NCBI GenBank assembly: GCA_963755125.1 | Contig: CAVWIP010000001.1 | Coordinates: forward strand, 96,001 to 160,000 | Direction: 5' to 3' | Length of the DNA stretch: 64,000 nucleotides | Source: an uncultured delta proteobacterium | GTDB taxonomy: Bacteria; Myxococcota_A; Polyangia; Fen-1088 | Program-made: the position numbers and the translations under genes | Part shown: positions 1 to 9,840 of the stretch, piece by piece | Numbering within the stretch: position 1 is the first letter of the stretch | Layout: every line of letters starts with the position of its first letter | Notes under the pieces: generated by a model | Told to the model about the DNA's origin: nothing | The model's database searches: none | The model's input: only the letters and a program-made list of their open reading frames with translations

Positions 1-330
1 TACGAGATCGGCCGGCGGCGCGACGGAAGCCTGTGCTTCATCGACGAGGTCCACACCCCCGACAGTTCGCGCTACTGGTACGCCGACGACTACCAGGCTC
101 GCTTCGATCGGGGCGACGAGCCGCGCGGGCTGGACAAGGAGTATCTGCGTCGCGTGCTGGCCGATCAGGGCTACCGCGGTGACGGACCGCCGCCACCACT
201 TGCCGACGAGGTCCGTTGCGAGGCGGCCCGTCGCTACATCGCCCTCTATGAGCTGGTCACCGGGAAAGGGTTCGTGCCGGACTTCGAGGAGCCGGCGGGC
301 AGAATTCGCCGGAATCTCGGGATCAAGTAG
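1..330 (+). CDS. purC: SAICAR synthetase, 3' part (5' truncated by window edge)
   Basis: Frame 1 reads YEIG...[14 protein letters not shown]...LDKEYLR to TAG at 328-330; DE-x-x-TPDSSR-W and DKE-x-x-R are PurC motifs. Confidence 0.9.
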   Translation, partial: YEIGRRRDGSLCFIDEVHTPDSSRYWYADDYQARFDRGDEPRGLDKEYLRRVLADQGYRGDGPPPPLADEVRCEAARRYIALYELVTGKGFVPDFEEPAGRIRRNLGIK

Positions 331-395
331 GCGCCGAATTCTGACACGGCTGGGCGGGCACGGCGGCAAAGCCCCCGGCCTGCCAACAACAGTGT

Positions 396-424
396 TTGAC
401 CTTGCCCACCGGCGCGAATAGTCT
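396..424 (+). promoter_or_regulatory. Putative sigma70-type promoter for the TPR gene
   Basis: TTGACC-17nt-TAGTCT upstream of GGGAGG RBS and ATG 476. Confidence 0.5.
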
Positions 425-475
425 CTCGCATCTATCGCCAGGGTCTCGCTTAGTCGCGTTTCGCAGGGAGGCGAC

Positions 476-3448
476 ATGCGCAGCGACGCGCTCGATGATG
501 AAATGCCAGAGGACGCAAGTCGAGCCGATGAGTTCCATCGGCTCGAGCACAGCTACGTGCGCGAGGAGCGCTGGGAGGACCTGGCCGGCCTGCTGATCGA
601 GCGTACCGAGAGTACCGAGGATGCTGCCGAGCGCGCGGGCCACCTGAGGCGCGCCGCACAGATCTTCGAAACCAATCTCGCCGATCCGGATCGCGCGTTC
701 ATCACCCTGCTGGCCGCGTTTCAGGAGGATCCCTCTAACCAGGAACTGGCCGACGATCTGGCGCGCGTGGCCACCACCCACAACCGCTGGCAGGACTTGC
801 TGGCCGAGTGCAATAGCTTGGCGGCCGAGATTGCGCCGGAGCCCAAGCGTGCCGACATCCTGGTTGCCATGGCAGGGTGGTACCAGCGTGAGCTGGACGA
901 CACCGCGGCGGCAGGGCATTCGCTGGAAGCGGCCATAGCGGCCGATCCCGCCAACCCCGCGGCGTTGCGTTCACTGATCGCACTGCACGGCCAGCGTGGC
1001 GACTGGTCCCGCGCGGCGGCCTATCTGGCCTCTGCCTCAGCCAACACGTCCGATCCGCTGGCGCGCGTGCAGTTTGCGTTTGAAGCCGCGGAGATCTATC
1101 GCAACCGGCTCGACGACCTGGATGGGGCTGCGGAACAGTACGGTCGTGTGCTGGAGTTCTCCCCCGGCCATCCTCAAGCCACTGCCGCGACGGCTGACAT
1201 CGCGTGGGGCCGCAAGGATTGGGCTCGGGCGTTGCCGTTGCTGGAGACACTGGCCGAGGCGGCCGAACAGACACTTGAACCCAGGGCGCGGCTCTGGCAG
1301 CGGGCGGGCTGGTCAGCTCAGATGACCGGCGACGTCGAACGGGCGCGGGTCAACTACCGGCGCGCATACGTGGCCGAGCCCGGGTATCTGCCAACCCTGC
1401 TGTGCTGGTCGCAACTCGCGCAGGCCCAGGGGTGGTGGCAGGACGTCCGCACTACGGTGCCCTTGGTTCTCGCCCAGAGCGAAGCCAAGCTGACCGCGGT
1501 CGATCGCGCCGAGCACCTGCTGGCGCTGGGCCAAGCCCACATGGAACTGGGGGACGCCGGCGCGGCCGCGGCGGAGTTCATGAAGGCCATCGAGTTGGCG
1601 CCCGATCTGCCCGAGTTGCGCGAGGCGCTGGCCGAGGCCAACTCGAAGATGGTGGGGCGGGGACCGGCCGATGCTGCCGCGCTCATCGAGCAGCAACGTG
1701 TGCTGCTCGCGGGGGCCGCGTCACCCGACGAGCGCTTCGAGATTCTGTGCCGCATCGGCCAGCTTCAACGTGAGGAGTTGAACGATCAGCGGGCCGCCCG
1801 CGAGACCTACCTGCAAGCGATCGAGCTGCGTCCCCATGATCCGGAAACGCTGCACGAGCTGATGGAAATCTACACGCTCGAAGAAGAGTGGACGCGCGCC
1901 GTGGATGTGCTGGAGCAGCTGGTGGCGTGCGAGTCGGGCAAGGACAAGGCCCGCTACCTGGTTGCGATGGCCAACATCCTGAACTACGAGTTGGAATCCC
2001 CGGTCGAGGCCGTCGCACTCTACAATCAGGCCCTCGACGAGGATCCGGACGATCGCCGCAGCTTCGAGCGCATCGAGCGCATCCTCACCAAGCGGCAAGA
2101 CTGGGGTGAGTTGGCGCGCGCCTACCGGCACATGATCAAGCGTCTGGGCGCTTCCCCGCCGGCCGACAAGCGCTCCTTGCTGTTGGCCCTGTGGCGCGGC
2201 TTGGCCGAGATCTCCCGGGTTCGCCAGGCGGACATGGCGGCCGCGGCGGCGGCCTACGAAGTCTGCGTGTCGCTGGCGCCAGACGATCAAAGCCAGCGCG
2301 AGGCGTTAGTTGAGGTCTATGAGGCCCAGGGGGCGGAAGGGGTTGCCGGGGCGGTCAAGGTGCGGGAGCAGCTTCTGGCGGCAGCCAGTGATGCCGAGGG
2401 AGCCGCCAAGCAGATCCGGGCCTTGGCCCGACTGTACAGCGAGCACCGACGCTACGATCGCGCCTTCTGTGCCTGCGCAGCGTTGTGCGGCCTGATGAAG
2501 GCGAATGCCCAGGAGAAGGCGCTGTACGGCCAGCACGCGTTGCCGGGCGTGCCCTTGGCTCAAGCCGTATTGAGCGAGGGCCTGTGGCAGGGCTGGGTGT
2601 GCAGCCCACGGCAGGACCGGCGCATCTCCCAGGTACTGGCCGCCGTGAGCGGGGGCGTCGCGATGTCGCGGGCCAAGCCGGCGCAGGCCTTCGGGCTCGA
2701 CGTGAGTCAGCGGGTCGATCTGGCCCGTGACAACTCCTCGGTGTCACAAATTCTGGCATATGTCAGCCGACTCATCGGTGTGCCCTTGCCCGCGGTCTAT
2801 GTTTCGCCGACCGCGCCAGACGAGATCGATCTGGTGATCCTGCTGGAGGGCAACCAGGTGGTTCCGGCGTTCGTCCTCGGGCCAGGACTGGTATCGGGTC
2901 GGACCGATCGCGAACTGGCTTTCCGCCTCGCGAAGAGACTGGTAGGTCTGCGTGCTGATCATTTTCTGCTGTGGCCGCAGGTGGTGCCGACACAGGCCGA
3001 GTTGCGCATCATCCTGGCTGCGGCGATCAAGCTGTTGCGGCCCGAGTTCGACCTGCCGGGCACGGATGCGGTTGCCGTGCGCAAGTACGTCGCTTTCCTG
3101 CACAAGGCTTTGCCCCAGTCGCAGTGGATATCGATGAACTCGGCGGTCGAGCAGTTGGTGAGCGACCCGGCTTCCATCGATTTTTGCGCATGGGCCGCCG
3201 CGGCCGAGGAGAACGCAAACCGGGCTGGGTTGCTCGCCTGCGGTGACGTGGTGGCCGCCGCGCGCGAGCTGGTGAAGGAGGCGCGCGCGCGCCGGGAACG
3301 ACCAGAGGAGGCCATCCTGGGTCTGGCGCGCTGGAGTGTGACGACCCAGCACCTCGAACTGCGTGAGCAGCTCGGCCTGGCGTTGGTTGTCGATGCGAAC
3401 GCCGTCGACACAGCTCGGCTTTCGTTGCGCAACGGCCGGCGGACGTAG
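476..3448 (+). CDS. Large TPR-repeat protein (myxobacterial AgmK-like architecture) with degenerate peptidase-like C-terminus
   Basis: 990 aa of repeated TPR-like helices (e.g. A...Y..AL..DP); RBS GGGAGG; C-terminal ANRAGLLACGD. Confidence 0.75.
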   Translation: MRSDALDDEMPEDASRADEFHRLEHSYVREERWEDLAGLLIERTESTEDAAERAGHLRRAAQIFETNLADPDRAFITLLAAFQEDPSNQELADDLARVATTHNRWQDLLAECNSLAAEIAPEPKRADILVAMAGWYQRELDDTAAAGHSLEAAIAADPANPAALRSLIALHGQRGDWSRAAAYLASASANTSDPLARVQFAFEAAEIYRNRLDDLDGAAEQYGRVLEFSPGHPQATAATADIAWGRKDWARALPLLETLAEAAEQTLEPRARLWQRAGWSAQMTGDVERARVNYRRAYVAEPGYLPTLLCWSQLAQAQGWWQDVRTTVPLVLAQSEAKLTAVDRAEHLLALGQAHMELGDAGAAAAEFMKAIELAPDLPELREALAEANSKMVGRGPADAAALIEQQRVLLAGAASPDERFEILCRIGQLQREELNDQRAARETYLQAIELRPHDPETLHELMEIYTLEEEWTRAVDVLEQLVACESGKDKARYLVAMANILNYELESPVEAVALYNQALDEDPDDRRSFERIERILTKRQDWGELARAYRHMIKRLGASPPADKRSLLLALWRGLAEISRVRQADMAAAAAAYEVCVSLAPDDQSQREALVEVYEAQGAEGVAGAVKVREQLLAAASDAEGAAKQIRALARLYSEHRRYDRAFCACAALCGLMKANAQEKALYGQHALPGVPLAQAVLSEGLWQGWVCSPRQDRRISQVLAAVSGGVAMSRAKPAQAFGLDVSQRVDLARDNSSVSQILAYVSRLIGVPLPAVYVSPTAPDEIDLVILLEGNQVVPAFVLGPGLVSGRTDRELAFRLAKRLVGLRADHFLLWPQVVPTQAELRIILAAAIKLLRPEFDLPGTDAVAVRKYVAFLHKALPQSQWISMNSAVEQLVSDPASIDFCAWAAAAEENANRAGLLACGDVVAAARELVKEARARRERPEEAILGLARWSVTTQHLELREQLGLALVVDANAVDTARLSLRNGRRT

Positions 3449-3566
3449 GGGCGACCTGCGCTTTGCTGCACGATGTGTGGAATGGGCGGCCGACGGTCGC
3501 CTCGGCGACCTCAACGAAATGGACGTTGGCCCTGGGGACGGCTAACGTCGTGCACAGAGCAGCAGC

Positions 3567-5180
3567 GTGTCCAGCGCACTTCGTTCTTCGGCCAATGTGA
3601 GCGTGGCAATCCTTGTGTCGCGGGTGCTGGGCGTCGTGCGCGATTCCCTCTTTGCGCGAGTATTTGGTGTCAGCGGGCTGACCGACGCCTACGTGGCGGC
3701 GTTCCGCATCCCCAACCTGCTGCGCGATCTCTTCGCCGAGGGCGCGCTGTCGAGCGCGTTCGTCCCGACTTTCTCCGATGCGCTGAACAAGGGCGGACGA
3801 GAACGCGCCTTCAGACTCGGCAATCTGGTTCTGGGCGGTGTGCTGGCCGTCACGGGGGGACTGACCTTGGCTGGAATCGTGTTTGCCGACGACCTGGTGT
3901 CGCTCATCTCGCGCGGCTTTGGCGGCAACGCGGCCCAGGTCGCTCTGGGCGGTCTGCTGGCGCAGATCATGATGCCAATCCTGGCCATGGTCAGCGTCAG
4001 CGCCGTGTGGATGGGCATGTTGAATGCCCAGCACCACTACCTTGCCCCCGCCTATGCGCCGGCCATGTTCAACGTGACCAGCATCCTGTGCGGCATGGCT
4101 CTGCTCATCGTGCACCCGGCTGATCGCAGCGGCATGATCGTGTGGAGCGCGGGAACCGCCGCCTCGGGCCTGGTGCAGGCGGTGGTGCAACTGCCCAGCC
4201 TGTGGCGGATGGGCTACCGCGTTCGGCCGACTTTGGTCGGGCTGTGGCGCGACTCCGACGTGATCCGAATCGTGCGTCTGATGGGGCCGGCCACGGTCGG
4301 CCTGGCTGCGGTGCAGATCAATATCTTTGTCAACACGCAGTTCGCCGCAGCCCTGGGGTCGGGGCCGCTCACCTACTTGCAGAACGCGTTTCGCCTGTTC
4401 TATCTGCCAGTCGGGCTTTTTGGTGTGGCGCTGGCCACCGTGACCACGGCACGCGCTTCGCAGGAAGCGGCCCGCGGGGATCGCGAGGCGTTGCAGGCGC
4501 GCGTGGCCGAGGGAGCGCGGGGCGTGTGGTTGCTGGCCTTGCCTAGCGCGGTGGGGCTCATCGTCCTGGCCAGGCCGGTCGTCGAGTTGCTCTTTCAGGG
4601 TGGCAAGTTCGTGGCGGCCAACACTGCGGCCACCGTGCCCATCGTGCAGGCGTACATGCTGGGGGTGTTGCCCTACAGCTTGGTGAAGGTTCTGTCGCCG
4701 GCGTTCTTCACGGTTGACCGGCCTCGCATCCCCATGGTCGCTTCGATGGTGTCGGTGGTGGCCAATCTCCTGTTCAACGGGCTCACCTACCGTCGGCTGG
4801 GGGCGGCCGGGCTGGCCCTGGGCACCACTATCGGAGCGCTGGTCAATCTGGCGGTCCTGCGGCTCTGCTTCGGCCAAGTTATCGGCCGCGCATCGCGTCC
4901 GGGTCGCTGGTATGAAGCTCTCCGGATGGTCCTTTGCAACGTCGCACTTGCGGCCGTCGCGGCAGCGGCCTGGTGGGGCAGTTCTTGGTTACTCGCCCAC
5001 GCTGGTATCGCGTGGCCCTGGGGAACTCGGCGTCTGGCCCACGCCTTTCTGCTCTTTGCCACCATCGGCGCAGGATTCGTCAGCTACGGTCTTGGCCTGA
5101 AGCTGCTGCGCCTGCCCGGCGCGGACGAGCTGTGGGAGTTGCCCAAGCGGATTTTCGCTCGGCTACGAGGAACTCGCTGA
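3567..5180 (+). CDS. murJ: Lipid II flippase MurJ (MviN)
   Basis: SRVLG..RD, AFRIPNLLRDLFAEGALSSAFVP, RLFYLPVGLFGVA; polytopic membrane protein. Confidence 0.95.
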   Translation: MSSALRSSANVSVAILVSRVLGVVRDSLFARVFGVSGLTDAYVAAFRIPNLLRDLFAEGALSSAFVPTFSDALNKGGRERAFRLGNLVLGGVLAVTGGLTLAGIVFADDLVSLISRGFGGNAAQVALGGLLAQIMMPILAMVSVSAVWMGMLNAQHHYLAPAYAPAMFNVTSILCGMALLIVHPADRSGMIVWSAGTAASGLVQAVVQLPSLWRMGYRVRPTLVGLWRDSDVIRIVRLMGPATVGLAAVQINIFVNTQFAAALGSGPLTYLQNAFRLFYLPVGLFGVALATVTTARASQEAARGDREALQARVAEGARGVWLLALPSAVGLIVLARPVVELLFQGGKFVAANTAATVPIVQAYMLGVLPYSLVKVLSPAFFTVDRPRIPMVASMVSVVANLLFNGLTYRRLGAAGLALGTTIGALVNLAVLRLCFGQVIGRASRPGRWYEALRMVLCNVALAAVAAAAWWGSSWLLAHAGIAWPWGTRRLAHAFLLFATIGAGFVSYGLGLKLLRLPGADELWELPKRIFARLRGTR

Positions 5181-5843
5181 CTACGTCGACCCCTCTTTGG
5201 TCCCGTTGGTTTCATCCGCGACGCTCATCGCTGCGGTCGTGCGCCGATTCGAGATGAGGCGGGGCAATTCGGCTAGGGCTTGCTCCAGCGTCACAGGCTC
5301 GTCGGGGGCTCGCTGCAAGAGGGACTCTATCTCCTCGGCGCCGCCTGCCAGCATGCGGGCGCGATCCGATGCCCGTCGCACCGATGCGTCGTCTGCCCAT
5401 TGGTCCACGTCGTCGGGGCTGGGTGATGTCACCGTACCTCGCGCGGCCGGCGACTCTCCGCTTGGCTGCCGGGGCACGACGATGGGCACGCCACTTGAGG
5501 GGCTGGGCCGTGAGGTGGTCTTTTTCTCCAGCAGCCGCTCAAGCAGGGGCTGGCATCCGGGATCGACGAACGTGAATTGCACGCCCATTCCATGGGCTCG
5601 GTGCGGCTCCGCTGGATTGAATTCGCGCACCCAAGTCACGCGACCTGAACCCCACAAGAGGGGAGGTCCCTGCGCCAGCGAAACCTCAAAACGGACAACC
5701 TCACCCACGGGCCGCGGTTTGCGGCTGGCCAGGAAAATTCCACCGCGGGTCACGTTGGGCGCAAAGCGCGCCACGAACGTGTCCACATCGGGGTAGCGCA
5801 GGTGAAGTCGCACCAGAGACGGAGAAGGGTCGCTCGTTGCCAC
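5181..5843 (-). CDS. TIGR02266-family (myxobacterial PilZ-like) domain protein; GTG 5843 start inferred
   Basis: F...FAPNVTRGGIFL.S..P..VG..VRFE...G.V.WVR...GMGVQF pattern. Confidence 0.75.
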   Translation of the reverse strand: MATSDPSPSLVRLHLRYPDVDTFVARFAPNVTRGGIFLASRKPRPVGEVVRFEVSLAQGPPLLWGSGRVTWVREFNPAEPHRAHGMGVQFTFVDPGCQPLLERLLEKKTTSRPSPSSGVPIVVPRQPSGESPAARGTVTSPSPDDVDQWADDASVRRASDRARMLAGGAEEIESLLQRAPDEPVTLEQALAELPRLISNRRTTAAMSVADETNGTKEGST

Positions 5844-5904
5844 GGGAAATCGAGTATCAGCCCCCGCGCTCAGGCGGTCAACCGGATCGGCATGGGAAAC
5901 CCCG

Positions 5905-6732
5905 TCAACCGGAAGGCGGTGCCAGGATGCTCCCGCCCGCCTGGGCCACGGCATCCGGCAAGGCAAACCGCCGTTGCGCGTTCTGGGTGGTGGCCTCGGC
6001 CGCGCGAGAAAACGGGATCCCGCGAATCGAGGCGAGCGTCTCCAATGTCTTGACCACCAAGGCGGGCTCGTTGCGCTTTGCGGGGTGCGGTCTGGGCGCC
6101 AGATAGGGCGCGTCGGTTTCTACCAGGATCGAGCCCAGCGGCGCATAGACAGCCACACGGCGGATCTCATCCGCGTTCTTGAAAGTCAGGATCCCCGAGA
6201 AGGAAAGGTCCAGTCCGAGATCGAGGTAGCCACGCGCATGGTCTAGCTTGCCGGAAAAGCAGTGCACCACACCGCCAGCTTCGCCCAGCGACTCCGCGCG
6301 CAGGATGGCGAGCGCATCCTCATGGGCATCGCGCACGTGGCAGATGAAGGGCCGGCGGGCCGACCGGCTGAGCGCAAGGAAACCCCGGAAGACATCGGCC
6401 TGCTTGTCGCGTGGCGCGCAATCATAGAAGTAGTCGAGCCCAGTTTCGCCAACACCGACCACTCGCGGGGCGCGGGCCAGCTTGTCGAGCACGGGCCACC
6501 AGTCATCTTCGATCTTGTCCGCGTGATGGGGATGGATTCCAACCGCCGCGAATACGTCCGGCTCTCGGGCGGCCAGCTCAACGGCCCGCTGTGCCGTCGC
6601 CAGATCCGAGCCGGAGCCGACGCAGATCATCGCGATCAGGCCAGCCTGGCGGGCCCGGTCCAAGACCGCAGGCACATCCTCGGCGAAGTGGTCGAAATCC
6701 ACGTGGCAGTGCGAATCGATGATGGGGACCAT
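5905..6732 (-). CDS. tatD: TatD family DNase
   Basis: DSHCH, GIHPH, GETGLDY, HVRDAH, HCFSG, ETDAPY motifs. Confidence 0.95.
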   Translation of the reverse strand: MVPIIDSHCHVDFDHFAEDVPAVLDRARQAGLIAMICVGSGSDLATAQRAVELAAREPDVFAAVGIHPHHADKIEDDWWPVLDKLARAPRVVGVGETGLDYFYDCAPRDKQADVFRGFLALSRSARRPFICHVRDAHEDALAILRAESLGEAGGVVHCFSGKLDHARGYLDLGLDLSFSGILTFKNADEIRRVAVYAPLGSILVETDAPYLAPRPHPAKRNEPALVVKTLETLASIRGIPFSRAAEATTQNAQRRFALPDAVAQAGGSILAPPSG

Positions 6733-6746
6733 AGCCGTGGACGGCG

Positions 6747-8819
6747 CTACTGGCCGAGAGATCTCAAGGTCTGCGCAAGCTGGGCCAGCCCGGCGTCGGG
6801 ATTGGGACTGAGATCAACCCGTAGCACGCGGCGGCCATGCGCCTGCAACGCTTCCAGATCGCACAGGCACTGGGCGTCGCGCAGAACGCCGAAGGTGAAC
6901 GGCTCGTCGGCAACGGGCAAGTCGGCCGTGACCGACGAGCACAGTTGCAGGAACACGCCGTTGCCCGCGCCGCCTTTGTGGAGTTGCCCGGCGGCATAGA
7001 GACAGCGCGGTCCGTAGCCCGCAGTGGTCGCAAGACGAAGCCGCTCACCACATAGCGTTCGGATGGTACCCAGCAAGACATCACGCTCAGGGGTGGGCTG
7101 GAAGTAGGCGCCTATGGCGAGGTAGTCACCGGGCTTGGCCGCTGCCAGGTGCTTCACGATGGCTGCGTCGGCAGCATCCACCACGCCGGCCGCGACGGGC
7201 AGCTTGCCCGTCTGGCGATAGCAATCGAGCAAGCGGGTGAGGGCTTGCCTCGAGTCGACGGCTTCGGGCTCGTCAAAAGGATTGACTTCGAGCAGGCTGG
7301 CCGCGACGGCAGTGGCGAACTCCCAGCGAAAGAACTCGGCGCCCAGGTCGTATTTGTCGCCCAGATCGATCTCGTAGACCGGATGCCCGGCGGTAATGAT
7401 GGCTTCCAGTTGTTCGGGCTGCAGAGCAGGCGCTCCACCGCGCAACCGCAGCACGACAAAGAAGCGATCCGAACGGTAGCCCGACGGCGCGAAAGGCGGC
7501 TCGCCCTCCACCGGCACGATACCGCGTCCTTGCTTGCCGGTTGCGCCAGCGACGAGCTGCTCGATCCACGCGCCCAGCGGCGCCAGCTCGGGCGACAGGA
7601 ACAAGGTCAGCTTGTCGCGGCCGATGGCGGCCAGCGCGCCCATGAGCGTTCCGAGCGTCAGACCGGGGTTCTGCGTCGGCTCCCGGCAGGCCGCGGCCAT
7701 ACCCTTACCGCGCGCCACCAGCCGGCCCAGGTCGACGCCCATCAGGGCCGCCGGGACCAGACCAAAGCCGGCCAGCGCGGAGAAGCGGCTGCTGATGTCG
7801 GGCGGGTTGCTGAACAGACGACGGTAATGGTTGGCCGAGGCTCGCTTGGCGAGATCGGTGTCGACGTCGGTGATGGCTGCGAAGTGCTGGCCAGCCCGAC
7901 CGGCGTCGCCGCCCCAGTGCTGCAACAGCTTGGTCCAGAAGTACCGCTCGAACGCACACACCTCGGGGGTGCTGCCAGACTTGGAAGCGACCAGGAACAG
8001 CGTGCGATCGAGGTCGAGCGAGTTTTCGACCGCCAGCACGGCGGCTGGATCGGTACAGTCGAGAACGAACACGTTGAGCCAGCCCGCAACCGGCCCAAAC
8101 ACTCGCGCCAGTACTTCGGCAGGCAGCGCGCTGCCCCCCATGCCCAGCAGCACGGCACGCCGGAATCCCGCCTTGCGAACCTCGTCCGCAAAGGCTGTGA
8201 TACTCGGCAGTTCACCTTCCATGTCGCGAGGGGCGTCGAGCCAGCCGAGGTTGTCGCTGGATCCTTGGGCGGAGATCGCAGTGGGTACAAAGGTGGCGGG
8301 ATCTTTGGCCCAGATGCTGGCCGGAATGCCCCTGGCAGCCAGACGAAGTTGCTCGCTCTCGACGAGAAAGTTGAGGGCTGCTGCGGTCTCCATGGCCGAG
8401 ATCTTGGCGATGCGACGACCGTGGCGGCCGCCGGCGAAGCCGGTGGACAGCCATGTGTCGACGATCTCGCAGGCATCGCTTTCCGCCAGAAGGCGGCCGC
8501 CGAGGCAGAGCACGTTGGTGTTGTTGTCGAAACGCGAAAGGCGCGCGGCCTCGACGCTGGTGGGGGCAAAAGCCCGGATGCCGCGCACCTTCCCCGCCGC
8601 GATGGCGGTGCCATGCCCGGTGGCACACACCAGCACCCCGACCGACCCGACATCGCTGTGTACGGCATTGGCCACCAGGGCGGCGAATTCTGGGTAGTCG
8701 CACGCGGCTTCCGAATTGGTGCCGAAATCCACCACCTCGTGGCCCTGGTTGCGCATTCGCTCGACCAGCTTGTTGCGCAGGGCGAAGCCCGCATGATCGC
8801 ATCCTGTGTAGATCTTCAC
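6747..8819 (-). CDS. Fusion of ribose-5-phosphate isomerase B (about aa 1-145) with a Tal-Pgi-type phosphoglucose isomerase-like domain
   Basis: N-term DHAG, DYP, CATGHG, GGRHGRR (RpiB); C-term LGWL, GMGGS, SKSGST, EFFRWEFATAVA, GQLHKGG (PGI/SIS). Confidence 0.85.
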   Translation of the reverse strand: MKIYTGCDHAGFALRNKLVERMRNQGHEVVDFGTNSEAACDYPEFAALVANAVHSDVGSVGVLVCATGHGTAIAAGKVRGIRAFAPTSVEAARLSRFDNNTNVLCLGGRLLAESDACEIVDTWLSTGFAGGRHGRRIAKISAMETAAALNFLVESEQLRLAARGIPASIWAKDPATFVPTAISAQGSSDNLGWLDAPRDMEGELPSITAFADEVRKAGFRRAVLLGMGGSALPAEVLARVFGPVAGWLNVFVLDCTDPAAVLAVENSLDLDRTLFLVASKSGSTPEVCAFERYFWTKLLQHWGGDAGRAGQHFAAITDVDTDLAKRASANHYRRLFSNPPDISSRFSALAGFGLVPAALMGVDLGRLVARGKGMAAACREPTQNPGLTLGTLMGALAAIGRDKLTLFLSPELAPLGAWIEQLVAGATGKQGRGIVPVEGEPPFAPSGYRSDRFFVVLRLRGGAPALQPEQLEAIITAGHPVYEIDLGDKYDLGAEFFRWEFATAVAASLLEVNPFDEPEAVDSRQALTRLLDCYRQTGKLPVAAGVVDAADAAIVKHLAAAKPGDYLAIGAYFQPTPERDVLLGTIRTLCGERLRLATTAGYGPRCLYAAGQLHKGGAGNGVFLQLCSSVTADLPVADEPFTFGVLRDAQCLCDLEALQAHGRRVLRVDLSPNPDAGLAQLAQTLRSLGQ

Positions 8820-8852
8820 GGCGCCTTCTTTTCTTGCTATCCCAAGTTGAGC

Positions 8853-9626
8853 ATGAAGATCGCAACCTGGAACGTCAACTCCATTCGCGCGCGCATGGAG
8901 CGGCTGCGCGCGTGGCTGGCCGCGCGGGCGCCCGAGGTGCTTTGCCTGCAGGAAACCAAGGTCGAAGACAAGGAGTTTCCCCTGCTGGAACTGGAGTCAC
9001 TGGGCTATCGGGTGGCAGCGCACGGCCAGAAGACCTACAACGGCGTGGCCGTGCTGGCGCGCCAGCCGCTTGCCGACATCGTGCGGGGCTTCGGCGATGG
9101 GGTCGAGGATGCGCAGGCTCGCTTTCTCATGGTTCGTGTGGGCGCGGTTCGTGTGGGCAGTCTCTACGTGCCCAACGGGCAGGCGGTGGGGACGGACAAG
9201 TTCGCGTACAAGCTCGCATGGCTGCAGCGCTGGCGAGACTGGCTTGCGAGAAACGCCGACGCCAGCCAGTCGCTGGTCCTTTGCGGCGATCTCAATGTCG
9301 CGCCGGAGGACCGGGACGTTCACGATCCCGATGCTTGGCGTGATCGGGTGATGTGCCATCCCGACGAGCGGGCCGCCTTGGCCGAGATCCGTCGCTGGGG
9401 CCTGGTGGACGCGTTCCGCCAGCTTCATCCTGAGCCGGGTCAGTACACTTGGTGGGACTACCGCCAGCTCAGCTTTCCCAAGGATCGGGGGCTGCGCATC
9501 GATCACATCCTGTGCACCGAAGCGATGGCCGCGCGCTGCCGATCCGTGGTCATCGATCGCGACGCACGCAAGGGTCAGACGCCCTCGGATCACGCGCCAG
9601 TGGTCGCGGAGTTTGCTGATCTGTGA
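8853..9626 (+). CDS. xth: Exodeoxyribonuclease III
   Basis: MKIATWNVNSIRAR, LQETK, YVPNG, GDLNVAP, WWDYR, RIDH, SDHAPV; real start ATG 8853 inside the 7149 ORF. Confidence 0.95.
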   Translation: MKIATWNVNSIRARMERLRAWLAARAPEVLCLQETKVEDKEFPLLELESLGYRVAAHGQKTYNGVAVLARQPLADIVRGFGDGVEDAQARFLMVRVGAVRVGSLYVPNGQAVGTDKFAYKLAWLQRWRDWLARNADASQSLVLCGDLNVAPEDRDVHDPDAWRDRVMCHPDERAALAEIRRWGLVDAFRQLHPEPGQYTWWDYRQLSFPKDRGLRIDHILCTEAMAARCRSVVIDRDARKGQTPSDHAPVVAEFADL

Positions 9627-9840
9627 CGAGGGCGCGTGCTGACCGGCGGTTCGCGGTGAACTAGGCGACCCTCCAAGTTTGGCCTTCTCGCCGAATCGCG
9701 ACCCCGGCCAAAGCGCGTTGGCGTAGACTCTCCTCCATGCTGCAGGGGAGGCGCCGAAGACTTCCAAGTGCTGCAGGTTGATGCTGGTTTCTCAGCCCCT
9801 GAGCAGCTCATGAACTATTATTGCGCAAACCATCCCGCGC

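Noticed and set aside
7149..8852. 825-aa ORF appearing to give Xth a 568-aa N-terminal extension
   Set aside because: The extension is the antisense shadow of the RpiB-PGI gene; Xth homology begins at ATG 8853
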